This document shows, piece after piece, positions 17,048 through 26,380 of a stretch of 64,000 bases of DNA. The notes beneath the pieces were generated by a model that saw only the letters and a list, made by a program, of their open reading frames with translations, ran no database searches and was not told where the DNA came from. Each line of letters begins with the position of its first letter. Position 1 is the first letter of the stretch. The position numbers were made by a program, and so were the translations under genes. Source of the stretch: Treponemataceae bacterium (lineage in GTDB: Bacteria > Spirochaetota > Spirochaetia > Treponematales > Rectinemataceae); assembly GCA_963667725.2 (NCBI GenBank), contig CAXXHO010000003.1:736001-800000 (forward strand). The letters run 5' to 3'.

Positions 17048-18457
17048 TTACTTGTTCCCCGTAGCGTCGCCGCCGGCCATCCGGAGCAGCCAGGAGGCTT
17101 GCGGGACCAGCCCGCCCAGCCTTTCTTTTCTGATCTGCAGGAACCAGGGCTTGCCGTGCCGGATTTTTCCTCCGGTACAGCCTTCCGCGTCGAAAAATCT
17201 ATAATCCTCCGCTTCGAGCCTGATGGCCTTCCCCTCGGGGGGGATGACCTCGATGACTTCGCCGGCCGGGATGCTGTTCTTCAGTTCGGCATAAACAGGA
17301 CTTGTCCAGGCTTCGTCCTCAAATCGGGAATTCAGCGAAGTCCTCTCCGCGTCGGCGTCGAGGCTCTGGGCGGCTCCATCCTCGATGGCCGGCATATTCT
17401 CGAGGCTTCCCGCGAAAAGGTGAGTCTGCCGGTAGGACGTGACGGCAGACAGGTCCATCCCCTCGCGGCCGTAGAAAAAGCCGGTGTCGTACTCCCTGTG
17501 GCTGACGGCGAAGAGATCCTCGCGGAAAAGATTCTCTTCCCCCGGATGATCGAGGGCGTATCGGTAGGCGCGGGTGATAAGGGCGACATAGTAGATGCTT
17601 TTCATCCTGCCTTCCAGCTTGAGGCTGTCGACGCCAGCCTCCTTCAGGTCCTGAAGGTGGTCGATCATGCACAGGTCGCGGGAGGACATGAGGAGGGTGT
17701 AGCCGCCGTGGCTCGTCTCGCCCGTCTCGACGGGCAGCAGCTGGCCGTGGCGTTTTTCCTCTTCGATATAGACTTTATAGTGCCAGCGGCAGGAATGCGT
17801 GCAGTCGCCCTTGTTGGCCGATCTTCCCGCCAGCCAAGAGGAGATGAAACATCTGCCCGAATAGGCCATGCACATGGCGCCGTGCACGAAGGCTTCCACC
17901 TCCAGCCCCGGCACATGGTCCTTGATGGCCTTGATGACGTCGAGGGAAAGTTCGCGCGCCGGAACGATGCGGCTGAAGCCCATGTCCCGATAGAGCTTCG
18001 CCGCCCGCCAGTTGGTGCAGTTCGCCTGCGTGCTGAGGTGGAATTCCCTGTCGGGAAAGGCTTTTCTCAGCATTTCGTAGGCGCCGAGGTCGCTCACGAG
18101 AAATCCGTCGAAGGGGTACTCCGCGATTCTCGGCAGCGCTTTTTCGAGGGCGTCCAGGTCGTCGTTGTGGAAGAAAATGTTGGCGGCGCAGTAGAGTTTC
18201 TTGCCTGGCGACGGCCGCGCCGGCGCTGGGCCCGGCCGCCCCGGCGGGACGCCGGGCCGCTCCGGCAGCCCGCCGGGCCGACTAAAAGTCTCCTTAATCG
18301 CGCGGATTCTGTCCGGAGCCATGCCATCCTCATCGTCGATGTTTTCGGCCTGGGCGCGGAGGCTGAAGAAGGGGAGACCGATGTAGGCGGCGTCAGCGCC
18401 ATACCGGTAGGCGTAGATCAGTTTTTCGATGCTGCCAGCGGGGGAAAGAAGTTCCAT
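17048..18457 (-). CDS. U32 family peptidase-like Fe-S protein (TrhP-like tRNA hydroxylase)
   Basis: MELLSPAG, GADAAYIG, HLSTQAN, EAFVHGAMCMAYSGRC, CTHSCRW, SLKLEGRMKS. Confidence 0.85.
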   Translation of the reverse strand: MELLSPAGSIEKLIYAYRYGADAAYIGLPFFSLRAQAENIDDEDGMAPDRIRAIKETFSRPGGLPERPGVPPGRPGPAPARPSPGKKLYCAANIFFHNDDLDALEKALPRIAEYPFDGFLVSDLGAYEMLRKAFPDREFHLSTQANCTNWRAAKLYRDMGFSRIVPARELSLDVIKAIKDHVPGLEVEAFVHGAMCMAYSGRCFISSWLAGRSANKGDCTHSCRWHYKVYIEEEKRHGQLLPVETGETSHGGYTLLMSSRDLCMIDHLQDLKEAGVDSLKLEGRMKSIYYVALITRAYRYALDHPGEENLFREDLFAVSHREYDTGFFYGREGMDLSAVTSYRQTHLFAGSLENMPAIEDGAAQSLDADAERTSLNSRFEDEAWTSPVYAELKNSIPAGEVIEVIPPEGKAIRLEAEDYRFFDAEGCTGGKIRHGKPWFLQIRKERLGGLVPQASWLLRMAGGDATGNK

Positions 18458-18546
18458 GCATGGATTATCCCCGCGGCGCTTCTTTCTGTCCATCACCGCG
18501 TGATAGATTGGAGAGACACGGAAACGCGAGGGTAGGGAGGTCTGGA

Positions 18547-19065
18547 ATGGAATACAAGGTAGTCGCGCCGAAGGAAGCCTATACGCTTCAGAATGCCGGG
18601 GGGCTTGTCTTCATCTGCACGAAAGGCCGGGATGGCCGATACGATCTCGCGCCTGTAGCCTGGTGCTGTCCCCTGGACTACGATCCGGTTTCGCGGTTTA
18701 TCTGCGTTCTCGATATAAGCCACAGAACCTTCAAGGACCTGGAGGTTTCGAAAGAATTCGCCATCGCCCTGCCGGCCGCCGATCAGAAAGACCTGGTGAA
18801 CCGATGCGGATCGATCTCGGGAAACGATGTCGACAAGTATGAAGCATTGTACATAGAAGCTTTTCGCGGCAAATGCGTCGACGTGAAAATTCCGGCCGGA
18901 GTCGTAGGATGGATGGAATGTTCCCTTTCCGGCCTGGTCCTGGAGGGCACTTCGGCGATCGTCATGGGCGATACCCTCCACGCCGAGGCTGTCGAAGGAG
19001 CCTGGAAGGAAAGGATTCATTTTGTGAGCGATGGTCTATTTTTCCGCCCCGGCGCTCTCTCCTAG
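18547..19065 (+). CDS. Flavin reductase-like FMN-binding protein
   Basis: DLAPVAW, HRT..L..SKEF, CGSISG.DVDK motifs; GGAGG SD before ATG 18547. Confidence 0.8.
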   Translation: MEYKVVAPKEAYTLQNAGGLVFICTKGRDGRYDLAPVAWCCPLDYDPVSRFICVLDISHRTFKDLEVSKEFAIALPAADQKDLVNRCGSISGNDVDKYEALYIEAFRGKCVDVKIPAGVVGWMECSLSGLVLEGTSAIVMGDTLHAEAVEGAWKERIHFVSDGLFFRPGALS

Positions 19066-19213
19066 GCCTATCAGGAGGCTTCGCGCGGCCCCCCGACTTG
19101 ACTCCTGCGGCGCCTAGCGGCATTATTGCGGTATACGCTTGGACGCGAAGTCGCCGAGACGTGAGGTGAACCTTGAACATTAACGCGCGGCCCCCTCTGC
19201 AAGGGATGGCCCG

Positions 19214-21016
19214 ATGCCGCTGATAAAGCTCGATTCCGTCAGTTACACATATCCCGATTCCCGAACCCAGGCATTGAAGGATGTCTCTCTTACCATCGAC
19301 AAGGGTGAGTATGTCGCCGTCGTCGGCAACAATGGTTCGGGCAAGAGCACGCTCGTGCGCCTCTTTAACGGACTGCGGAGCTCCGATTCGGGCGCCGTGC
19401 TCGTGAAAGGCCTCGATCCCGCGCTCCGCGGCTCCTTGTTCGCGGTGCGTTCCGCCGTCGCTCTCGTCTTCCAATCCCCCGTGGATCAGATCGTATCGAG
19501 CTGCGTCGAGGAAGATGTGGCCTTCGGTCCCTCCAACCTTGGACTTCCCAACGAGGAAATCGAAAGGCGAGTCTCAGCGGCCCTCGACAAGGTGGGCATG
19601 ACCGAGCTGCGCGGGCGGCCTACGCGCTCGCTCTCGGGCGGCCAGCAGCAGAAGCTCGCAATCGCTGGGGCTCTAGCGATGAATCCCGAATGCCTTGTTT
19701 TCGACGAGGCTACCTCCATGCTTGATCCCAGAACCAAGCTGGCCGTCCTCGAGCTCATGGAAGAGCTCGTCACCCAGGGAATGACCGTCGTTCACGTGAC
19801 GCACGACATGAATGACGCTGCCCGCGCCGGAAGAATCATCGCCCTCGAGGCGGGGCGGATCGCTTACGACGGAAGTCCTGCCCGGTTTTTTCTGAACCTT
19901 CCGGATTTGGCGGACGACGATCCGCCGGCGGCCCCCGCCGGAGGCGGAATCGCCGCCCTTGCCATGGGCTTCGATCTGCCAAAAACCATAGCCGCGGCCG
20001 GATTGTTCGGCTTGCGGCCTTCCCTCGACGATGACATCGAGACGCTGGCCGGGCGGATCGCGTCGGCGCGAGATCCATGCCCCGAAATGGCGCCTTCGCC
20101 GGCCTCGGAGGCCCGAAATGAAGCAGCCTCCGAGCCCGTGTTTTCCTTCAGGGACGTATCCTTTTCCTACCTGCGCGGAACGGCCGGAGAAGTGAGGGCA
20201 TTGGAAAATGTTTCCTTCGCCGTCCGGAAAGGCTGGCGCGTCGCGTTGGTGGGCAAGACAGGTTCAGGCAAGTCCTCCGCGCTCCAGCTTTTCAATTCAT
20301 TGATCCAGCCCTCCCAGGGCTCCGTCATCAGCTTCGGGCAGGATACGAAATCCGCCTCGCTCGACGCGCGCAAACTGAGAATCACCGCTCCGCTTTCGAT
20401 CCAGCGTCCCGAATCGGCGCTTTTCGAAATCTACGCGGCCGACGACGTCGCCTTCGGCCCCCGGAATCTGGGAATTTCCGGGGCGCCCCTCGTCGATAGG
20501 GTGCGAAAGTGGATGGATTCGGCGGGCATTCCTTATGACACGTTCCGCGACCGGATGACGCGCGGCCTTTCGGGGGGCGAAAAACGAAAGCTCGCCCTCG
20601 CTGGCGTCTTTGCCCTTGAATCCGAGGCTGTGCTTCTCGACGAACCCACCGCGGCCCTGGATCCCTCCTCGCAGAAGGCGGTTTTCGGCCTCCTTGAGCG
20701 GGTTTCCCTGCAGGGGAGGACGGTGGTTTTCGCCACGCATTCCATGGAGGAAGCGGCGCAGGCCGATATGGTCGCCGTTTTCCGCGACGGGCGGCTCGCC
20801 GATTTCGGTTCGCCGCGAGAAATCTTCTACGATCGCTACGACTCGGGCTGGGGCATAGCGCTACCCTATGCCGTCGGGCTCGCGAAGCGGCTGAAAGACC
20901 TCGGCGTCCGTATCGACGGGAATCCATTGACCCTGGAAGCCCTGCACGAGACCTTGGGTTTCTCGTCGGCACCGGGGCAGGCTGGCGCCACGCCCGAGAG
21001 CGGAGGCCCGTCATGA
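19214..21016 (+). CDS. ecfA: ECF transporter fused double ATPase (A-A')
   Basis: Two Walker A motifs (GNNGSGKS, GKTGSGKS), two LSGG signatures, EEDVAFGP. Confidence 0.9.
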   Translation: MPLIKLDSVSYTYPDSRTQALKDVSLTIDKGEYVAVVGNNGSGKSTLVRLFNGLRSSDSGAVLVKGLDPALRGSLFAVRSAVALVFQSPVDQIVSSCVEEDVAFGPSNLGLPNEEIERRVSAALDKVGMTELRGRPTRSLSGGQQQKLAIAGALAMNPECLVFDEATSMLDPRTKLAVLELMEELVTQGMTVVHVTHDMNDAARAGRIIALEAGRIAYDGSPARFFLNLPDLADDDPPAAPAGGGIAALAMGFDLPKTIAAAGLFGLRPSLDDDIETLAGRIASARDPCPEMAPSPASEARNEAASEPVFSFRDVSFSYLRGTAGEVRALENVSFAVRKGWRVALVGKTGSGKSSALQLFNSLIQPSQGSVISFGQDTKSASLDARKLRITAPLSIQRPESALFEIYAADDVAFGPRNLGISGAPLVDRVRKWMDSAGIPYDTFRDRMTRGLSGGEKRKLALAGVFALESEAVLLDEPTAALDPSSQKAVFGLLERVSLQGRTVVFATHSMEEAAQADMVAVFRDGRLADFGSPREIFYDRYDSGWGIALPYAVGLAKRLKDLGVRIDGNPLTLEALHETLGFSSAPGQAGATPESGGPS

Positions 21017-21867
21017 AAAATCTGGAATTTTTCAAAAATATCGGCATAGGCCAATATATCGACTCGGGTTCGTGGTTTCACGGTCTGCGCCCCTCGACGA
21101 AGTACGTATTCCTGCTGGCCCTCTCCGCGGTCGCGATAGCCGCGCCGACGCCGCTCGCGGTGGCCTTGGTAATATTTTTATCGCTCGGCCTCGCCGCGGC
21201 CTCAAGAATACACGTCATGTTCCTGCTTCGGACGCTGAAGCCCATCTTCCCCGTGCTGATCCTGACGGCGGTCCTTCAATTTCTCTTCAGCTGGCCCGGC
21301 GACCTTTCCGTCTCCCTGCTCTCCATCGGGCCTCTTTCCTTCACGATGCACGAATTATGGATCGTGTCCCTCATCCTGCTGCGATCTTCGGGCATGATGA
21401 TCATCGTTGGATGGTTCACCTCGGTCACGACCGAATCTGACGCGGCGCGGGGCATCGAGGACATCCTGCGCCCCTTGAGCGGCAAGGTATCCTTCGTTCA
21501 TCGCCTGTCCCTCGCCGCCGCCACGGCCATCCGCTTCGTGCCGATCGTGGCCGGCGAGCTGGAGGAAATCGTGAAAGCCCAGGCGTCCAGGGGCGCCGAT
21601 TTCGGTTCCGGCAGAAAGAACATCATCGCGAAGGCGAAGGCCTACGCGCCGCTCTTCGTGCCGGTGACGATCCGGGCGCTGGAGCGGGCCGAACTTCTGG
21701 CCGAGGCCATGGAGGCGCGCTGCTATACGGGGGAGGGCAGAACCCCTCCTCCCCGCCGTCCAGCCCTTCGGGGCGACGCGCTTTCCGCGGTTTTCGTCGT
21801 CGTTTTTTCGATCATTGTCCTGATTGCGGACAATATCTATATAAAAGCCTGGATTCGACCTTTCTAG
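21013..21867 (+). CDS. ecfT: ECF transporter T component
   Basis: AQASRG and AMEARCY conserved Arg motifs, multiple TMs. Confidence 0.9.
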   Translation: MKNLEFFKNIGIGQYIDSGSWFHGLRPSTKYVFLLALSAVAIAAPTPLAVALVIFLSLGLAAASRIHVMFLLRTLKPIFPVLILTAVLQFLFSWPGDLSVSLLSIGPLSFTMHELWIVSLILLRSSGMMIIVGWFTSVTTESDAARGIEDILRPLSGKVSFVHRLSLAAATAIRFVPIVAGELEEIVKAQASRGADFGSGRKNIIAKAKAYAPLFVPVTIRALERAELLAEAMEARCYTGEGRTPPPRRPALRGDALSAVFVVVFSIIVLIADNIYIKAWIRPF

Positions 21868-21892
21868 GCGGCTACCAGGCAGGGAGGACGAT

Positions 21893-22495
21893 ATGTCTGA
21901 ATCCAAACGCGAAACCAAGGGATCTTCTTCCTTGATTCGCACGACCATCGTGACGGGAGCCTTGAGCGCCGTCTCCATAGCGCTTTTTCTCACGCCTTTC
22001 GGCTACATTCCATGGGTGGCGGGGGCTTCGCTGACGGTCATGCATGTTCCGGCCATTCTGGGCGCCGTGCTGGAGGGACCTGTGGCGGGGGCTATCATAG
22101 GCGGCATTTTCGGCGTCACGAGCCTCATAAAGGCGGCCACGGCTCCCCAGGGTCCGATCGACGTCTTTTTCACGAATCCCCTCGTTTCCGTGCTGCCGCG
22201 CATCCTCGTCGGGCTTTTGGCCTGGGTGGCTTTCAAGGCCATTGGCAGGAAGAAAGTGGTGCTGGGCGCCGCGGCGGCGGCCATCGTCGGCTCGCTCACC
22301 AATTCGCTCTTCGTCCTGGGCTCCCTTGTCCTGCTCGGCGCGCTGCCGCTCGCCGCGGCGGCTTCGGTGTTCGTCGCCAACAGCTTTGTCGAGGCGGCCC
22401 TGGCCGCCGTGCTGACAGTCGCCGTAGTCGCGGCCTGGCGGGGCATCGGTTCCAAGAGCGGCAAGGCTCGTCTCGCGGACGAGGAGAAAAAATAG
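21893..22495 (+). CDS. panT: ECF S component, PanT-like (pantothenate)
   Basis: TPFGYIP, TVMHVPAILGA.LEG, SVLPRILVG, GSLTN motifs; adjacent to coaX. Confidence 0.8.
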   Translation: MSESKRETKGSSSLIRTTIVTGALSAVSIALFLTPFGYIPWVAGASLTVMHVPAILGAVLEGPVAGAIIGGIFGVTSLIKAATAPQGPIDVFFTNPLVSVLPRILVGLLAWVAFKAIGRKKVVLGAAAAAIVGSLTNSLFVLGSLVLLGALPLAAAASVFVANSFVEAALAAVLTVAVVAAWRGIGSKSGKARLADEEKK

Positions 22496-22517
22496 CCTGA
22501 CCTGAACGGAGGACAGA

Positions 22518-23357
22518 ATGCTGGTAGCGATCGATATCCGAAACAAGGTCATATCCGTGGGTTTTCATGAAGACGGAACCTGGAGGGCGATCCGCAGGAT
22601 CGGAGCGCTCTATCAGAGAACCTCCGACGAATATTCCATGCTCTTCCGGCATTTCCTGCAGGAGATGCCGGAAGCCGGCGGGGCGTCTTTCAGCAAGGCA
22701 GCCCACGCTGCCACCTTCAGCGCGACAGCCCCCGCCGTCAAGGCGGACTCGGTCTGGATCTCCAGCGTCGTGCCTTCGCTCACACCCCTGCTGACCGCTT
22801 CGGCCAAAGAAGTTTTCGGCTGCGAGGTTCATGTCGTCGGTCCGGGCGTCAAGACCGGCATCAAGATCCGGACCGACCTGCCTTCTGAGTTGGGCAGCGA
22901 TCTTGTCTGCGCCGCGGCCGCCGGCCGCGACCTGACGGATTCGGCTTTCATCGTCGTCGATTTCGGCGTGGCGATCACCTTTTCCGCCGTGAATCAGGCT
23001 GGCGAATTCCTCGGCGTCGCGATCGTTCCCGGACCTGAGACCTGCGCCGAAACCTTAAGGCTTCAGGCGGTCCAGATTCCCGAGGTGAAGCTGGAATTTC
23101 CATCGCGCTCGATAGGCCGTTCGACGGGCGAATCCGTGCGTTCAGGCATCCTGCTGGGATACGAAGGTCTCATACTCCATATGCTTGAAACGATGGCGGA
23201 AGAAATGCGGGCGCTTGGCGCCGGCGCCGTCGTGGTATATGGAACGGGCGACGAGATCGGGCGCGAATTCCTGAAGAGATCAGGCAGAGGCAGCTTCGTC
23301 CCCAACCTCGTGCTGGAGGGACTCGCTTCCATCGCGAAAAAGTCGCTCCCTGCCTGA
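22518..23357 (+). CDS. coaX: Type III pantothenate kinase (divergent motifs)
   Basis: TSDE, ISSVVP, LGSD, VDFG, IGRST, LVLEGL. Confidence 0.8.
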   Translation: MLVAIDIRNKVISVGFHEDGTWRAIRRIGALYQRTSDEYSMLFRHFLQEMPEAGGASFSKAAHAATFSATAPAVKADSVWISSVVPSLTPLLTASAKEVFGCEVHVVGPGVKTGIKIRTDLPSELGSDLVCAAAAGRDLTDSAFIVVDFGVAITFSAVNQAGEFLGVAIVPGPETCAETLRLQAVQIPEVKLEFPSRSIGRSTGESVRSGILLGYEGLILHMLETMAEEMRALGAGAVVVYGTGDEIGREFLKRSGRGSFVPNLVLEGLASIAKKSLPA

Positions 23358-23387
23358 TTCGGCATACCGGCCCGCCTGGCCCGTCGC

Positions 23388-24896
23388 CTAGCCCGCCTGC
23401 CCAGCCCCGCCGAACTTGTATTTTTCGAGAAAGACTTTCGCGGATTTGGCGTTGGCGATGGAGCAGGGGCCGTTGACGCAGCCTCCATCGCAGGCCATCA
23501 CCTCGAGAAGCGCGGCTTTTCCCTCCGGCCGCGGCTTCATTGTCTTTATGGAGGCCAAGTTTTCTTTCGTGAGGCCAGAAACCACCACAGCCTCGACATC
23601 GGGTACAAAGGAGCCTTCTTCCGCCAGTTTCGCCAGTTCCCTAGTAACCGCGGCCGCCACTCCGCCCGACGCCCCAAAACCCCTTCCCATGGGCGAAGCG
23701 CCGGAGAGCGCAATTTCCTTTTCCTCGTTGACCTGGATCGAAGCCGCGATCAGCATGGTTCCCACTTCCTCGGAAGTAAGGACCGCGTCGATCGCGTTTA
23801 TGCCGATCCCGTTCGCGGCGATCGCGCCCGCGTCGATCGCGCCCGCCGCTTCGCGGGCTTCCCACTTCTTGGCGACGCAGGGACCGATAAAGACCGTAAA
23901 AGTCTCGGGTTTTCGCTTTTTCGCGAGCATACCGGCCACGATCATCGGGCTTGGCGTATCGGATACATGCCGAGCCATCGACGGGATGCTTCGCGCTGCC
24001 CTTGTCCATGACGGGCAGCATGAAGTGGCGAGAAAGCCGTCTCCTTTGGAGAATCGCTCCGCCAACTCTTTCGCTTCCTCCACGGCCACAAGATCGGCCG
24101 CCTCGGCCGCTTCCATCACTTCGGTAAAACCGAGGCGGAGCAGGGATGCCGCGAACTGCCCCGCGGAGAAGGGGAACTGCGCCATGGCCGCGGGGGCCAC
24201 GATGGCGGTCACGCGCTTTTTCGCGCGGATCGTAGCCATGACACGCACGAGCTCCGATTTCTCCACGGGAGCGCCGAAAGGACAGGCATTAACGCATCTT
24301 CCGCAGAGAATGCATTTTTCTTCATCGATGGCGGCCGTGCCGTCATCGCCTTTCCTGATCGCCCCTACAGGGCAGGTTTCCTCGCAGGGGACGGGCACCT
24401 TTATGATGGCGTGGAAAGGACAGGCTTTTTCGCAGAGCCCGCAGTTTATGCAGCGTTCTGGATCGATATGGGACCGATCGTCCTTGATGCTGACGGCGTT
24501 TCTGGGGCAGCCAGTCTTACACGGGCGGGCAAAACAGCCCTGGCAGGCGTCGGTGACGAGATAGCGCGTCTTGGCGCAGGAATTGCAGGCCTCGGATATC
24601 ATCGTCAGCGGGAAAGTATCCTGGCGCCCCGCTTTCATCGCCTCGGCGGCATACTCCCTCAGGGGCCGCTCCACGTCGGACATTTTCTCCGCCGCAAAGC
24701 CCAGCATGCCTAAAAGCCTGAGGCGAATCAGCGCCCTGTCGTGATGGATACAGCAGCGTATGATTTCCCAGCCATCCCTGGTGGTCTCGAAGGGAATGCC
24801 GTCTATGTCGGCTTCCAGCCTGTTTTCCAGCATGAGCCGTGCGATTCTGAACAGCAGCTCGCGCCTAAGCTTGACGGCGTTATTTTCCTTGGCCAT
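23388..24896 (-). CDS. Monomeric [FeFe]-hydrogenase (group B, HfsD-like) with ferredoxin domains
   Basis: H-cluster motifs TSCCPSW, GPCVAKK.E, EVMACDGGCVNG; RCCIHHDR; several CxxCxxCxxxCP motifs. Confidence 0.88.
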   Translation of the reverse strand: MAKENNAVKLRRELLFRIARLMLENRLEADIDGIPFETTRDGWEIIRCCIHHDRALIRLRLLGMLGFAAEKMSDVERPLREYAAEAMKAGRQDTFPLTMISEACNSCAKTRYLVTDACQGCFARPCKTGCPRNAVSIKDDRSHIDPERCINCGLCEKACPFHAIIKVPVPCEETCPVGAIRKGDDGTAAIDEEKCILCGRCVNACPFGAPVEKSELVRVMATIRAKKRVTAIVAPAAMAQFPFSAGQFAASLLRLGFTEVMEAAEAADLVAVEEAKELAERFSKGDGFLATSCCPSWTRAARSIPSMARHVSDTPSPMIVAGMLAKKRKPETFTVFIGPCVAKKWEAREAAGAIDAGAIAANGIGINAIDAVLTSEEVGTMLIAASIQVNEEKEIALSGASPMGRGFGASGGVAAAVTRELAKLAEEGSFVPDVEAVVVSGLTKENLASIKTMKPRPEGKAALLEVMACDGGCVNGPCSIANAKSAKVFLEKYKFGGAGQAG

Positions 24897-25155
24897 TTTC
24901 TTTTCCCGCCAGCGCTTCCTGAATAGATGCCTCAAGCGCCGCTATCGTAGCTTTCTCGACGACCTTGCCGTTGACCGTGGCGAAAGGCGCCTTGTTTTCC
25001 TTGCCGCATTTGCAGAGACCAAGGCATGGCGCGCCGTCCCATTCCACCTTTTCGCCAAAGGCGGCTTTCAGCTCCTCGAGCTGGCTCAGGATTTCGGCTC
25101 CTCCGAGGACATAACAGGCTGTGCCTACGCAGATCGTCACTTTCGCTTTTCGCAT
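24880..25155 (-). CDS. Thioredoxin-like [2Fe-2S] protein (NuoE-like)
   Basis: ICVGTAC...CLGLC...APF. Confidence 0.8.
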   Translation of the reverse strand: MRKAKVTICVGTACYVLGGAEILSQLEELKAAFGEKVEWDGAPCLGLCKCGKENKAPFATVNGKVVEKATIAALEASIQEALAGKENGQGK

Positions 25156-25183
25156 GATGCAACTCCGCTTCTGGTCAGATTAG

Positions 25184-26380
25184 TCAGATGAACCGTACCG
25201 TGACTTCCTTCAGGTATTTCTCCTCGAGGAGGGCGGCCAGTCGCTTGATGACGTTCCTTCGTATCTCCAGTTCGACCGGCATGGTCGGGTCCTGGTGGGC
25301 TTCGTTTATCTTCGTGCCCACGAGAAATTCAATCGCGTCGGAATCGACAAGGAGCTGGAGGATCATCGCCGCGGCGTTTTCATCCAGGCTTTCCGGCTTG
25401 AAGTCCTGCTCGATGTATTCAATTACCTTGCCGAGGGTGAGAATCCCTTCCGTTATGAGGTCGGCGCCTTCCATGGCCGATGGCGGGGGGATGAGGGGGT
25501 CGGAAGCCTTGAGCGACACCCGGATTCGCTTTTTCAGTTCCCGGGCGATGATGTTGGCCGTCGTTCCTCCGCATATGATCTTCTTCCCATCGAAGGCGGA
25601 AAAGATCGCCGCGAGCTCGCCGTCATCCTCGGGATGGATGGGCGGCCCCGACGCGAGCAGCAGGCGCCTCGCCTGTCTGAAATACGCCGTGGTGCAGGTG
25701 ATGTCGTCCTTGGGCTCTCCCCCGTCATAGTATGCCGCCCGGAGGACGATGGCGCGGGCGATTTCCCTCGCCGAAATGTCGGATCGGGAGCGGATCAAGT
25801 CGTTCGTGAAATCGCGGACCCCTTTCAGCCCCCAGCCCAGGGGCATGGCCTTGCTGCCCATCCCCGCCTGCGTGACGCCGTCCGAAAAAAATATGAGCCT
25901 GTCCCCAAACTGAGCCTTGAATGTGGACCAATGAAGGACTGGCTTTTTCGGATGCTTGCCGATGCTTTCCCTGCTCGTGACCGCTATGTCGAGCTTTATC
26001 GGCTCCAGGTCCACGCCTTCCCTGATAAGGAGATAGGGAGGATTGTCGTATTCGATGATCCTGACCTCGGTTCCCTTCTCTATGTCCACGATCGTGAAGG
26101 TCGAGTAGCTGATCTTCCGTTCTGAACACACGGGCAGGGATTTCATGATGAGCCGGGCGGTCTTCCTGATGGGCATGTTGGAGGCGATGCAGCCCGTGGC
26201 GAGGGTGGCGGTGAGCGTAGCCAGCACGCCTGCCTTGATGCCGGAGCCGAGACCGTCCGACAGAACGGAAATTATCCTGTCGGAATCGTGAAGTTTTCTC
26301 GACATGAATACGTCGCCGGCGGCCAGTTCGCCCTGTTTCGCCAGCTGATAGTTGCCGATCTCGACGAAGTACCGGTTCAA
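25184..26380 (-). CDS. SpoIIE/PP2C-like phosphatase (HfsC-like)
   Basis: LSDGLGSG, YSTFTI, SDGVTQ, DDIT, CGGTTA. Confidence 0.88.
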   Translation of the reverse strand: MNRYFVEIGNYQLAKQGELAAGDVFMSRKLHDSDRIISVLSDGLGSGIKAGVLATLTATLATGCIASNMPIRKTARLIMKSLPVCSERKISYSTFTIVDIEKGTEVRIIEYDNPPYLLIREGVDLEPIKLDIAVTSRESIGKHPKKPVLHWSTFKAQFGDRLIFFSDGVTQAGMGSKAMPLGWGLKGVRDFTNDLIRSRSDISAREIARAIVLRAAYYDGGEPKDDITCTTAYFRQARRLLLASGPPIHPEDDGELAAIFSAFDGKKIICGGTTANIIARELKKRIRVSLKASDPLIPPPSAMEGADLITEGILTLGKVIEYIEQDFKPESLDENAAAMILQLLVDSDAIEFLVGTKINEAHQDPTMPVELEIRRNVIKRLAALLEEKYLKEVTVRFI

